Part shown: positions 12,730 through 24,293 of the stretch, in pieces | How positions within the stretch are numbered: the stretch's first letter is position 1 | Layout of the letters: the number at the start of each line of letters is the position of its first letter | Assembly: GCF_032191835.1 (NCBI RefSeq) | Contig: NC_083237.1 | Location: forward strand, 41,850,001 to 41,914,000 | Direction: 5' to 3' | From: Heteronotia binoei | Lineage: Eukaryota | DNA: 64,000 bases | Made by a program: the position numbers and the translations under genes | The notes under the pieces: generated by a model | What the model saw: the letters and a program-made list of their open reading frames with translations, nothing else | The model's database searches: none | Told to the model about the DNA's origin: nothing

Positions 12730-13081
12730 TGTCAGCATATGCTTGTTGCTTAGTAAGATATCAGGCTGATCTATGACAGTTCCTGACAGCTTCACTTATC
12801 TGGTTTATACCAGTTCTGTCCAGACTATTGTGCCTATGCAAGATGACTCAGCACTAAGTGCTGATTGGTGCTTCTGTATTGCTATATGTATATAACTGTG
12901 AATAGGTTGTACAGTTCATCTCTGCTCTCAATTGTTTTGTCTGGCGAAGCACTTTGTCAGTGTATACCAGCATAACTGTATATTTGTAAATAAATGTAAA
13001 TAGTTAGCATGTCAGTGTGCAACTGTTGCTGTCTATTATTAAGCCTCACAACTCCAGAGCATACCAGCACATACGCCAACA
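12730..13081 (+). repeat. Copia 3' LTR (352 bp)
   Basis: TG...CA ends. By manual alignment to the 5' LTR: about 17 substitutions plus 16-bp and 2-bp deletions. Confidence 0.93.
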
Positions 13082-14074
13082 GTCTGTGGATGCATTACTG
13101 CACAATTCATTGATGGTGGAGCACAAGTCAATTTCCAATATCAAATAGAATGGATACAGTTTTTTATCTAATATGTTGTATGTGGACTGCTGTGTCATGT
13201 TTAAAGATTGCATTAGACCAATCTGAATTAGTATCTCTTTACATGACCTATAAATCATATGAAAACATTTCTCATAGTGCAATTCTAGATACAGTTAAAG
13301 CTTTCTAAATTTAGTTAAATCAATGGACTAAGAGTGGTGTAAATTGCACTGTTGTTTGCTTATTTATTTGTTACATTTATACACAAATAATTCTGCAGTT
13401 TCCCCTGCCCTATCCATTGCTCCAAAAAAAGAGGACAAAATATGAGCACCACCATTTTTTGTTGGTGAAAGCAATGCCAGAACAAGACAGGAGAGACCGA
13501 AAAGTAAGGAGGTTGAACTTTTGTTCATTCAAGAACAGTTTCAGGTTTTGGAGGACCCTCTCATTTTCTGTCTGTGCATCCTTCCCCTAACCTGCTCAGA
13601 AGTCCTCCCATTGCCCATGCTCATAGCCATCTGCACTGATTGCAGCCCTTTCCCAGATGGCACTGGACAGTGTGTGCAGCTGGATGCATGGATGACAAAG
13701 CACTCACAAGTGAGGTGGGATGGCAATAGTATGTTGAGGAGGTTGGTAGCAGTAGGGCTTGCCAGTAGTCCTGGGCCCTGGAAGTTGCCCCTCTAAAGGT
13801 ATGCAGATGTTGGCCCTAAGTTCAGTCACAGATAAGTCTCTTGATTATGGCTGCCATCCCCCAGTTCTGGGCAGGGAATTCCCTGGTTTCAGGACTTCCC
13901 TATACCATGAACTGACTGGTCATTGTGTCAAGGATGTTGCATGGGGGCACTTTGGTTTTTCAGTTCCCAGTGGTGCTTCCACAGATATGTTTGCTATATG
14001 AGTTCTATGAAGAAAATAACCTGTTCTGAAATTAACAAGGGATATTATTATTGTTGTTGTTTTTGTTGTTATTT

Positions 14075-15125
14075 TATTCTTTAAGTTTTATTAGTTTACA
14101 AAAAAGAAAGAAAAAAAAGTAACAAAAATGGAGAATACACTTAAAGCTCTCACTATATTATACAACTAATACGTTAATAATCATTCACCCCAATATTGAT
14201 TACATTTACCATAGAACTGGCTTTGTTCTCACTTATAAATCAAGTTCTCACTTATAAATTCATTCATATCACATAGTCCACTTATCCATAGCTTCCTGCT
14301 TAGATTAAATCAAGTTCTCACTTATAAATTCATTCATATCACATAGTCCACTTATCCATAGCTTCCTGCTTAGATTCTTCTTTCAATAAACGCCTTAAAA
14401 TGTCAGTCTCCACTGTGTCTAGTATCGTCTCTGTGAGTTCTTCCATGGTTAGTAAATTTCTTTTTTTCCAATGCTTAGCAAAAGCTATTCTTGCAGCAGT
14501 TACCATATGTATAATTACATATTCATTTTTTCTCTATTTTTGAGGCATAATATTTAGCAAAAAAAAAAAAGTTCTGGCTTAAAAGGTATAGAGATTTTTG
14601 TATTAGCTCTTGTACCTTTGCCCAATAATGCTTAACCCTTTTACATGATCACCAGACATGATACCTGCTTGGTTTTCACACTTCCAGCACATGTTAGATT
14701 TCTTTGGGTATATTTTGACTATTCTATCTAGTGTCATGTACTAATGGTAGAACATTTTATATAGATTTTCTTTGAAAGATACAGACTTCATAATTTTGAC
14801 ATTGGTTTTCCACAGTTGGAGCCACTGCTCTAAATCCAATATTTTGTGCCCATTCTACCATCACTTCTTTCACTACTTCATCCTCCATTCTCCACTGAAG
14901 TAAAAAATTGTACATTTTTAAAAATTAGCTTGTCATCAGCCTCTGATAAAAGTTTATCAAATAAACCCAATACTTTGTTTTTATTAAACCTTGATTTTAG
15001 TTGTAGATTCAGCCACCAACTGAGACTATATTTTGCCTTGCCAATTCACTATTTGTTTTCAAGATTCCATTCTTGGTCAGAAGGTCCTCATATCTCAGAA
15101 TTTTATCAGAGCTTAATAAATGTGG
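14075..15125 (-). mobile_element. L1-clade LINE 3' fragment
   Basis: Minus strand encodes a CWKCENQAG...HVW.SCK zinc motif and an A-rich 3' end. Confidence 0.7.
14237..14376. repeat. Perfect 70-bp tandem duplication
   Basis: 14237-14306 is identical to 14307-14376. Confidence 0.9.
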
Positions 15126-15129
15126 CTGG

Positions 15130-15285
15130 ATAAGTTTGGTGTAGTGGTTAAGTGGGTGGACTCTTATCTGGGAGAACTGAGTTTGATTCCTCACTCCTCC
15201 ACTTGCAGCTGCTGGAATAGGTTACCCATAGCTCTCACAGCATTTGTCTTTGAAAGAGCAGCTTCTGTGAGAGCTCTCTGCAAGA
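15130..15285 (+). mobile_element. Squam3-like SINE, 3'-truncated
   Basis: tttggtgtagtggttaagtgggtggactcttatctgggagaactgagtttgattcc. Confidence 0.8.
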
Positions 15286-15289
15286 GTTA

Positions 15290-15455
15290 TGGAGGCTACA
15301 TCGGGGATGACAGAGTTTGGGAAGAGGAGGGAATTCAGCTGTGAGTCTGTCTCCAAAGCTGCCATTTAAAGGTCCATATCTCTGTAATTGAAAGTTCAGC
15401 TGTAACTCTGGGAGAACTCCAGACCCTGCATTGGGAAATATACTCAGCCAGCCTA
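15290..15455 (-). mobile_element. Degraded hAT-type MITE related to 49415-49633
   Basis: Reverse-complement similarity to ggagatctcc...ttacaactgatctccag...ggcagctttgga. Confidence 0.5.
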
Positions 15456-15954
15456 TGTTACTAGAGTTCAATGAAAAGAACCTGTACTAGAACCATATTT
15501 CAACAGCCAGGATTCAAAAAAAAAAGAGGTGGGGCTAGAGATTAAACTCCAGAGGCCCAAGTTGAACTAGGAGGCCATGGAGTGAGTAAATCCCTTTTCT
15601 TTCCTTCACATAATGTTTGGGTTGAGTCTGAGCTGTAGGAAAAAGCCCAGAGGTATCTTTATCTGGGGGTCAATGGTAGCTCTTGACAGCTTGCATGGTG
15701 CAACCATCACAAGTCTATAGAAACATACTGTTGAGCACAGGCCACTCTGCTTGCAATAAAGTACGTGGACATAAGGGTTAAATTTGTTTAGGGATTGCAT
15801 GATAAATCCTTTTCATCAAATTAACAGTGTACAGCCTGACATGCATTTACACTGACCCCAAGATCATATTTTAGGAGCTAAGCCTGTCTTAAGAAATTTA
15901 AAATCAAGGCGAGGATTTCTCCCTTTTTCTTTCTTTTTCTCCCCAGATTATCTG

Positions 15955-16080
15955 GACCAATTTATTTATTTACCCTAAATTTTTATCCTGCCTTCTCCGC
16001 AAGTGGACTCAGGGTGGCTAACAGCATTTAAATTTACAATTTAAAATCAATAAAATGCAAATACAATTTTAAAACCAAGA
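15955..16080 (-). mobile_element. L2 3' tail fragment
   Basis: tttatttattt...tatcctgccttctccgcaagtggactcagggtggctaaca is the reverse complement of the L2 tail at 28885-28950. Confidence 0.7.
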
Positions 16081-16154
16081 GCCACACATATGTGTGAAAG
16101 AGCCATAAATGACTCCCAAGACACAGATTGGCCACCCCTGTCCTATAGCATATG

Positions 16155-16360
16155 TGACCTGATCTAACAGCTTAGTCTAGTCTGATCTCATCAGATCTCA
16201 GAAGTTAAGAAGGGTCAGCCCTGGTTACTATATGGATTGGAGGAAACCACCAAAGAAGTCCAGGGTTGCTACACAGAGGCAGGCAATGGCAAACTACATC
16301 TGTTTGTCTTTTGCCTTGAAAACCCCAACAGAGTTACCATAAGTCAACTGTGACACAATG
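16155..16360 (+). mobile_element. 5S rRNA-derived SINE with Sauria/RTE-type tail
   Basis: ctgatctcatcagatctcagaagttaagaagggtcagccctggttac matches the 5S internal promoter region, followed by gaggcaggcaatggcaaac...ccttgaaaacccc...ataagtca. Confidence 0.75.
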
Positions 16361-16582
16361 GCAAAGAAAAGGCACACCAACACCTCATATATGATTTTCT
16401 GAACATTAAAAATAAAACAAATTGTAGTCTATTCTGCAGTCAAGAGGTGCAGAAAAGTGCCTGAAAATACATGGTATGTTGCAATTGGAATTTGATGAAC
16501 TGCAAGCAGCACAATGCTCATTAAATGGGACTTTCCTGCCTTACCACTACTACTAAAAAAAATAATTGAGTCTCCCAAACTG

Positions 16583-17038
16583 TCTCAAGCAATGTTCATG
16601 GTATACTGAATGGTTAATTCCTTTTCTTTAATATGGTTATCAGAATGTAGAAATGTTACTAACTCTGAATTGAGCTCTGCACATCAAAGTAGTAGAACCC
16701 CACTTCCCTTCTCGCTTCTACTAACAAATGCAGGAATGTGCTCTTTGAAGTTCGAGCCTCCGGAGACAGGCTCGCAAGCTAGCATGTCCCAGTCATAAAA
16801 GACATAAGGGAGTAACTGCCGTGTGAATTTTCACACATGAAGACTAGAATGTTTTGAGAATGTAGCTTTGTTTATAGAATCATTGATGTGCCATCTTTAA
16901 GTATGCCTTTCACTGCTAGTATGTATCAGTTCCAATACCTCGCTTGGATGAGTTACTTGGATTATCAATAAACTTAAATTTGTTTCATTAAATCAAAGAC
17001 TGGTTACTTTGGAATCTCATGAACTCCCTTGCTTGACA
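16583..17038 (+). mobile_element. Solo LTR (family distinct from the Copia LTR), probable 5-bp TSD
   Basis: Ends TCTCAAGCAA...TTGCTTGACA, flanks aactg/aattg, homologous to 29151-29596, AATAAA near the 3' end. Confidence 0.7.
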
Positions 17039-17104
17039 AATTGTTAGTTCTGAGGAATGAGGAGACTTAAAGTGTCAGTTGCTAGAAGCACGCATTAGTC
17101 ATCA

Positions 17105-17382
17105 GACAGCCAGTTCGGTGTAGTGGTTAAGTGTGCAGACTCTTATCTGGGAGAACCGGGTTTGATCCCCCACTCTTCTTCTTGCAGCTGCTGAAATGGC
17201 CTTGGGTCAGCCACAAGTTCTCTCAGGGCTGTTCTGCTCAAGGACAGTTCTGGGAGAGCTCTCTTGGCTCCACATACCTCACAGGGTGTCTGTTGTGGGG
17301 AGGGGAAAGGCGATTGTTAGTCTCTTTGAGATTCCCTAGGGTAGCAAAGGGTAGGGGATAAATCCAATCTCTTCTCTTCTTC
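17105..17382 (+). mobile_element. Squam3-like SINE
   Basis: gacagccagttcggtgtagtggttaag head and full body to the tctct tail. Confidence 0.88.
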
Positions 17383-17587
17383 TCATCAAATAACAGTGGT
17401 GGGATGCAAGCTGTTGACTCCAGATTTCAAAGTCAAACTTGTGGTTGAAATGGAAGCTGTTCACATCACAGAACCGACCTTGCAATTTCTGATCCATTTA
17501 AATATGTTTATCCACCTAGTGAAAACAAGCTTTCTCCCTTTCTTAAAATGCCCTCCTGAACAATTCCATTTAACACATTCTGGGGAA

Positions 17588-17855
17588 TGATGATGATATT
17601 GGATTTATATCCCACCCTCCACTCCATATCTCAGAGTGGTTTACAATCTCATTTAGCTTCCTCTTCCACAGCAGACCCCTGTGAAGTGGGTGGGGCTGAG
17701 AGAACTCTTACAGAAGCTGCCCTTTCAAGGACAACTCTGTGAGAGCTATGGCTGACCTAAGGCCATTTCAGCAGCTGCAAGTAGAGAAGTGGGCAATCAA
17801 ACCCAGTTCTCCCAGATAAGAGTCCACACACTTAACCACTGCACCAAACTGGCTG
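17588..17855 (-). mobile_element. Squam3-like SINE (inverted relative to 17105-17382)
   Basis: Reverse-complement head agccagtttggtgcagtggttaagtgtgtggactcttatctggg. Confidence 0.88.
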
Positions 17856-17985
17856 AGTGTAATGAGATGAGTGTGGGTCTGTGAGAGCCCTCCTGACCCC
17901 ATCAAACACACCACAATAGAGCTCAGCTAAGGGCAGGTGTTGATATTACTCATTTGCAAGGTGGCATGCTTTGGCAGATACAGCT

Positions 17986-18070
17986 GCATTGGATGAAGGG
18001 AGATTTGACTCTTGAAAGCTTATGCCCCCCAAAAAATCTTGCTGGTCTCTGGGCTCCTGGCCTCCAATCC
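17986..18070 (+). mobile_element. Penelope-like terminal fragment with degenerate minimal hammerhead
   Basis: gcat-tggatga-agggag..ctctt-gaaagctt-atgc followed by aaaatcttgctggtctct, similar to 40301-40386. Confidence 0.5.
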
Positions 18071-19254
18071 ATCTCTTTACCCAATTATCCTCTTTACCCC
18101 CATTCCACACAGTTTTGTCCATGCAGATGCCATGGTCCCCAGAATAACTTTCTGTTTGTTTGTTTTGGTGATCGAAGGGAAGCCCAACCATCAGTAGGAA
18201 AGCTGGTTGGATTCAACCAACCATCTTTTCTTTGTTTGTTTTGCTATGGGTTGTAAAGTTGAAATGATAGTTTTTTGTGTCATAACATATACAATATGTT
18301 TCATGTTCACATGTATGGGATTTTTGAATAGCCCTGTCTGCCATTTTCCTTTTGGTATCTTTTACAGTTTAATTGTGAATGTTGTCTTGTAACAAGGGTG
18401 ATATCCCCTTAGGTACTAATGATAGGCAGTTTCAGCTCTACTGACAAATCTTAGGCCATAAAAGACAGAGACAGAGATAGGGTCACTGAATCTCTCCACA
18501 GACATAAACACTGGCTCTGTTTAGTTCCAGCTGTATTAACCTTTTTAAAAAGATGATGAGGCTATGTCGTGTTTTTTCTCTGTAAATAATTTACATCTTT
18601 CATAGATGCAAAATAATATTGTAAAAGACATTCCATCTAAACCCTTGGTTTAAGCCTCCATTTGCAACAAAGAACGCCTTTCTTAGAAATATTTATTCAC
18701 TATATATCAGGGAAGATTTCCTATTTCAGTAACATGAATGTAGTGATCTCCTCACCTGGCCCCACAGGTTTATGCTTTCTTCAAAAGACAGAAGAATTAA
18801 GAGGAAAGGTAAAAACTTCTAATTAATTTTCATACTTAATTTGGAGGGCTTGTACTGCATTTGCCTTCCTTGTATTCGAAACTGTAATTTGTGGTGTTGT
18901 TAAGGGAATGAAATTTTCTCTTCCAAAAGTTGCTTTGTTTTCTCCATTTGTTGGCTTTCCTTGTTTTCTTCATTGTTTCTCCATACTTTCTTAATCTGGT
19001 TCAAATATAATCTGAGAAGCACAAAGGAAAAAAAGGAAAAAGGAAAAAAACACAGGAGCTTCGTGGGGCAGAGGCTGTAGTAATGATTGAATTGGCTGAG
19101 ATTGTGCATAATATTTGCTGGAAATGGCCCACTATGTGCAGTTCTTAATTAGATATCCTGATATTTTTGGTGGGACTCAGCTATTTTTTTAAATTGATAT
19201 TCCCCCATTTTATTTCTTATTGTTGCTTCTGTCTCATACAGCTTTTGTCCATGT

Positions 19255-19560
19255 ATTCACTGCCGCAAGAGGTGGTGGCAGCTACAAGCACAACCAACTT
19301 AAAGAGGGGATTGGATAAAAATATGGAGCAGAGGTCCATCAGNNNNNNNNNNNNNNNNNNNNNNNNNNNNNNNNNNNNNNNNNNNNNNNNNNNNNNNNNN
19401 NNNNNNNNNNNNNNNNNNNNNNNNNNNNNNNNNNNNNNNNNNNNNNNNNNNNNNNNNNNNNNNNNNNNNNNNNNNNNNNNNNNNNNNNNNNNNNNNACAG
19501 AGTGTTGGACTGGATGGGCCATCGGCCTGATCCAACATGGCTTCTCTTATGTTCTTATGT
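19255..19560 (+). mobile_element. CR1 3' end spanning an assembly gap
   Basis: SLPQEVVAATSTTNLKRGLDKNMEQRSI matches the CR1 ORF2 end at 32870-33229. Tail gcctgatccaacatggcttctcttatgttcttatg. Confidence 0.85.
19343..19496. other. Assembly gap (154 N)
   Basis: Run of n. Confidence 1.
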
Positions 19561-20562
19561 ACTTCACAAGTAGGCAGAGGCTGATTATACACTGGACAAA
19601 AGATCCAGTAATGCTGCACTTCTGAAAGTGACCATCTACATTACAATCCTCCTTTACTTCTGTCTTGCTCCGGTGTTTTGACTGTCATTTACATTTAAAA
19701 CCCTGAATTGGCTCTGAAAACATTTTCGCCACTGAGTTGCAGCTGACTTTCCAAGACTACTGTTGAATGAGGGTTTTCCAGGAAGCTTTGGATCTAAGGC
19801 CATAAATGTAAATGTTTTACTTCTGATTGGCACATTGTTTAGTTAAAAACAGCAGATGTCCTTTTGAACATCACTTGCTACTGGTGTTGGTACCTATGAT
19901 TTTTCTCAGACCTATAGATCAGCTATAACAATCTGATTTGTATTAATAAAATTGTTATAAGTAGTTATAAGTAGAAGTGCATATGGCTATAGTAGAAGAT
20001 AATATACGATAGAGTGGTTAGGCAAAGTAGTTCCTTTTAAAAGAAAGCATTTGTTTTGACTCTCATCCTGGCTATAGAAATTGCAAGCACATTCCACAGG
20101 ACCATAAAGATGATATATTTCCTGGGAAACAGGGCAATAAACTCTTTTCTCAAGAAAGAACAAAGGAACTCTTAAACTTGCCCCCCTTCCCCTCTCCATG
20201 GCTTCAAGCAACTTTTAAGTTTGGCATGCATATCCTGCAGAAACTTATATAAATTAATGACAAGAAATGCAGTTAAGCAAGCCAGTGTGGAGGGGAAGTC
20301 CAGGAGCAAAATTTTGAGTGTAGATGAAAAAATATACTCTGGATTTCTAGAAGGCTCAGAAAATCTCCGGATTTTAGTGCTCAGAAAATCAGACCTAAAC
20401 ATGAATGTAGAATCAACCAGAGAGGACCCTTCTGCCTTTTTATCAGCAGAAAAGCTGGTTAGATACAACCCACTGAGGCAGATGTGGTGTTACAAGAAAT
20501 ACATAGAAAAGCCTAGATGCTAACTCCAGACAAGGAATTTCTGGTTGTCCTTTTGGTGCTGG

Positions 20563-20779
20563 AAAGTGCCATCATGTCACAGCCAATTTATGGCAACCAC
20601 ATAGGGTTTTCAGTGTAAGAGACTTCAGAGGTGGTTTGCCATTGCCTACTTCTGCATAGTAACTTCCTTAGTGGTCTCCATCCAAGTACTAACCAGAACC
20701 ATCCAAGTATTAACCAGGACCAAACCTGCTTAGGTCCCAGAATCTGATAAGGCTAGTCTGGGTTATCAAAAGTCAGGGC
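20563..20779 (-). mobile_element. 5S-derived SINE with internal 21-bp duplication
   Basis: ggtctccatccaagtactaaccag is 5S reverse complement, catccaagtaytaaccagrac occurs twice at 20679-20720, tail gaggtggtttgccattgcc. Confidence 0.75.
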
Positions 20780-21321
20780 TGGTTAGCCTTTAGTGCCCCC
20801 CCCCCTTTAAATGTTAAAAACATATATTTAAAATTCACACACTTAAATAAGTTAGGAGATTCAGTTTAGGCAAAATATACCAAACTGACTAGAAGCTTAG
20901 TTTGTTTTGCTTTTGCTTCTTCTCTTTCTAGATTGAGTTGCTCTCCTCAGATCTAACACAGCATCTGACGCTTGTTTTGAATACACTGTAATCCACATTT
21001 CATTTAAACTGATTTTATGGCTTTTTACCTAATAAGGGATGTGTGAACCTGGATCCAGAATTCCTGATATATTTTATCTAAGAAGAAATACACACATTTT
21101 GCTTCAGGCTGAGTCCAATTTTATTGGAGGTTACATAGGACCTAATTCCATAGAATCTTGTCGGGATTTGTGGTATTTTGGTCTTTTTTTTCCTCTTGAA
21201 ATTCTGAGGTTAACTTGATGTGAACCTACTTCACTTTCATTTAATATAACTTTTTAATGACAATGCTAGTTGGAGAGCTTGATATAGTGCATAGGTATGG
21301 AAGGAGTCTAGTGCACAACAG

Positions 21322-21765
21322 TTCCCCATACGAACCCCAGAGAGCGCTGAGGTCAGTTGGGAAGAACTTGCTAACTATCCTCGGGCTGAGAGAGGTAAAG
21401 CTTCAGAGCACCCGTGATCGGGCTTTCTCTGTTATGGCTCCACGCCTATGGAACCAGCTTCCAGAGGATATGCGGGCCCTGCGGGAATTTGAACAGTTCC
21501 GCAGGGCCTGCAAGACCACCCTTTTTCGATTGGCCTTCACCGACTAAGGGGGAAACTGCTATGAAATCTGTATAAAATAGCACCAGTATATTAATTTTAT
21601 TAATTTTATTGATTTTAGAGTTTTAGTAGAATTTTAATTAATGTGTTAATTAGTTTTGTTTAAATACCTTGTAAAACTAATGTATTGATTGTGTTGTTAG
21701 CTGCCCTGAGCCTGCTTCAGCGGGGAGGGCGGGATATAAATAAAAATTGAAATGAAATGAAATGC
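21322..21765 (+). mobile_element. L2 3' fragment
   Basis: PYEPQRALRS...RDRAFSVMAPRLWNQLP...RACKTTLF and tail gccctgagcctgcttcagcggggagggcgggatataaat. Confidence 0.88.
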
Positions 21766-23354
21766 TTGAAGTTGTGACTTAGGAATCCTGGAATGAAATT
21801 CCTGCTCTATAATGAAGACTGCTCATTGGCCATGTATAAATCACTTACCTGTTCGATCTACTTGACTTACATGATGGTTATGAGGATAAAATAACATTTG
21901 AACTTATAGACAGGATGAAAATGTATAGATAGACAAATGTAGGTTTTTATCCAGCCAGCTTTTGTGCCAGTGACAAAGAAAGATGAGGTGCCCTTTAACA
22001 TTCAAAAAGGCTGTGTGAGAGGAACCGGTTAGGGTCAGCTTCGGAGGGCAAAAAAAATATATTAATTTGGTTGTTATTAAAACAAATCAGTTGGCAGGTA
22101 GTGGGTTAAATGAATAATCAATCTCTCATCACCAGAAGTATTGTCAGGCTGAAGTACTACTAAAATTGTAAACTGGCAGAAGATATATAAACACTTTGAA
22201 CAGGCAGGCTGAATTGTTATAAACAGTATAAATATAAACAGGCAGGCAGTGCCTATTTGGCACTAGGAACACTAGGCAGAGATGAAATAGATAACCCTAT
22301 GCTCAGACTTCATTATATCATAAAAAATAATAAAAGCCCACACACTCTTTGCCATTCACATTGGGGACTCCTGACTTGTGCCAGATCGATATTCCCTCAG
22401 ACTCACACACTAGCATTCAGGATTCACACCTTTTGGGTGCTTTTCTAGCCCCTCAATCCTATGTGTCCCACTCTAGCTAGATTTCTAGTCTGACTCTTGG
22501 AAATCCTTCCTAGCCACAAGAATCCAGTCACAGTATTTGTTTGTTAGAGTGTTGTCATTTAGACCAGGAGTCTGCCCTGATGTGCTGACAGATCTCCTCA
22601 CAGAAGGTGCCTGGTTTTGCCCCTTTCTGCTCAATAACTCTCTCACAGACAGAAACCTGTCTCCCAAGGAACTCAGCCCACAGGCTGTCTCAGCTCCTTT
22701 CCAGTAGTTTTTTCCCCACAACTGACCAGCTTCAGTACTCTGACTGAACTCTTCAGCTCTCAGACTGAATTTCACAGTTCCCAGACTGAACTGAACTGTT
22801 CCAAAACTCATACTTCCCCCAGAGGCATTTTTTTCTGCTGTCAGCCTCTTGAATTTCAATACAGTCTCATAACCTTGGTTACAGCCCAACCAATCACTGC
22901 AAGCTATCTCCAGTTAACAGGCTAGCTGCCTGAGTCCATTACACTATGCTTGGGATCATGGGACATGAATGGACAAAAGCCATTTAAGATGGAGACTGCA
23001 ATAAGAAGAAGAATGGGACAAGATTTAGTGAATAAAGTTAGCTAAATACCACTATTAGATAGCAGAATAAAAACTATGGAACCAATACACCTCTTATACT
23101 ACCCATAAAGGTCCTTGAATTAGAGGAAGTCTCCACTATTAGTGGAACCAAAGCCTTGGATCCAGCTCATGACCTTTTGCATTCTAATGTTTGATAGTTT
23201 TTGTAAATGATGCATTCTGTAACTGATTATATGTGTCACTAAGTGCTTGAAATTATAGAACATGAACTTGATAAATGAATGTATCCATGCATTTGGGACT
23301 CAATATTAATAATTTCTTTTTCAATTTCCCAGGAGGTAATGATGAGAGAAAGCC

Positions 23355-24293
23355 ATGGAAAATGAAACATCTGTGACTGAATTTATTATACTGGGTTTCT
23401 TGACACTCCCAGAGTTGAAACTTCTACTGTTTGTGGCATTTTCTTGCCTGTATTTCCTTACAGTACTTGGCAACATCATCATTATTGCCATAATTACTGT
23501 TGATGGTGCCTTACAGACTCCCATGTATTTCTTCCTAAGGAACTTATCCTTCTTGGAATTATGCTTCACTTCAGTCACCATACCCAACATGCTAGTGAAT
23601 CTGCTCTTGGAAGAAACCAAAATCTCTTTTGTTGGGTGTGCAACACAGCTCTATTTCTTTTTACTGCTTGGTGTCACAGAATGTCTTCTCCTCACTGTCA
23701 TGTCCTATGACCGCTATGTGGCCATCTGCATCCCACTAAGATACACAGCCATCATGAACAAGAGGATTTGCATCCAGTTCTCTGCTGCATGTTGGTTTGT
23801 TGGATTGTTGGTGGCAGCAGGACACACAGCTGTTATCTTCTCTCTTTCCTTTTGTGGACCCAACATTATTAACCATTTCTTCTGTGATATTCAGCCTTTG
23901 CTCATGCTTGTTTGTGGGGACACTTATTGGAATGAAGTCCAAGTCATTGCTGTCGCTGGTGTGGTGCTGATGTTGCCCTTCATTCTTGTTCTCATTTCTT
24001 ACATCCGTATCATCACTACCATTCTGAAGATGAGTTCAGCCAAAAGCAGGAGCAAGGCTTTCTCCACGTGCTCATCTCACCTCATTGTAGTATCCCTGTA
24101 CTATGGCACAGCAGTCTTTATGTACACAAGGCCTAAGGCCAGTTACTCTTTGGATAAAGACAAATGGTTCACTCTGTTATATTGCGTTGTTACTCCACTA
24201 GTGAACCCTATCATATATAGTCTGAGGAACAAGGAGGTGAAGGGAGCACTATGGAAATTGGGTGACAAAATGTTTCAGAGGCTAGAAAGATAA
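23355..24293 (+). CDS. Olfactory receptor, family-10-like, intact 312 aa
   Basis: NET sequon, LQTPMYFFLRNLS, FVGC, MSYDRYVAICIPLRY, NHFFCD, KAFSTCSSHL, PLVNPIIYSLRNKEV. Confidence 0.96.
   Translation: MENETSVTEFIILGFLTLPELKLLLFVAFSCLYFLTVLGNIIIIAIITVDGALQTPMYFFLRNLSFLELCFTSVTIPNMLVNLLLEETKISFVGCATQLYFFLLLGVTECLLLTVMSYDRYVAICIPLRYTAIMNKRICIQFSAACWFVGLLVAAGHTAVIFSLSFCGPNIINHFFCDIQPLLMLVCGDTYWNEVQVIAVAGVVLMLPFILVLISYIRIITTILKMSSAKSRSKAFSTCSSHLIVVSLYYGTAVFMYTRPKASYSLDKDKWFTLLYCVVTPLVNPIIYSLRNKEVKGALWKLGDKMFQRLER

Larger units (their letters stand above)
8045..13081 (+). mobile_element. Full-length decayed Ty1/Copia LTR retrotransposon with 5-bp TSD GTCTG
   Basis: Paired LTRs, PBS and PPT, domain order gag-PR-IN-RT-RH, GTCTG at 8040-8044 and 13082-13086. 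Confidence 0.95.

Noticed and set aside
16155-16260. 5S-like sequences as true 5S rRNA genes
   Set aside because: Only the internal promoter part is present, diverged and fused to a SINE tail, and one copy has a TSD
19167-19625. ORFs spanning the N run
   Set aside because: Artefacts of reading through the gap within a CR1 tail
22200-22890. Possible minus-strand solo LTR starting TGTAACC at about 22883
   Set aside because: No matching opposite end, TSD or second copy found
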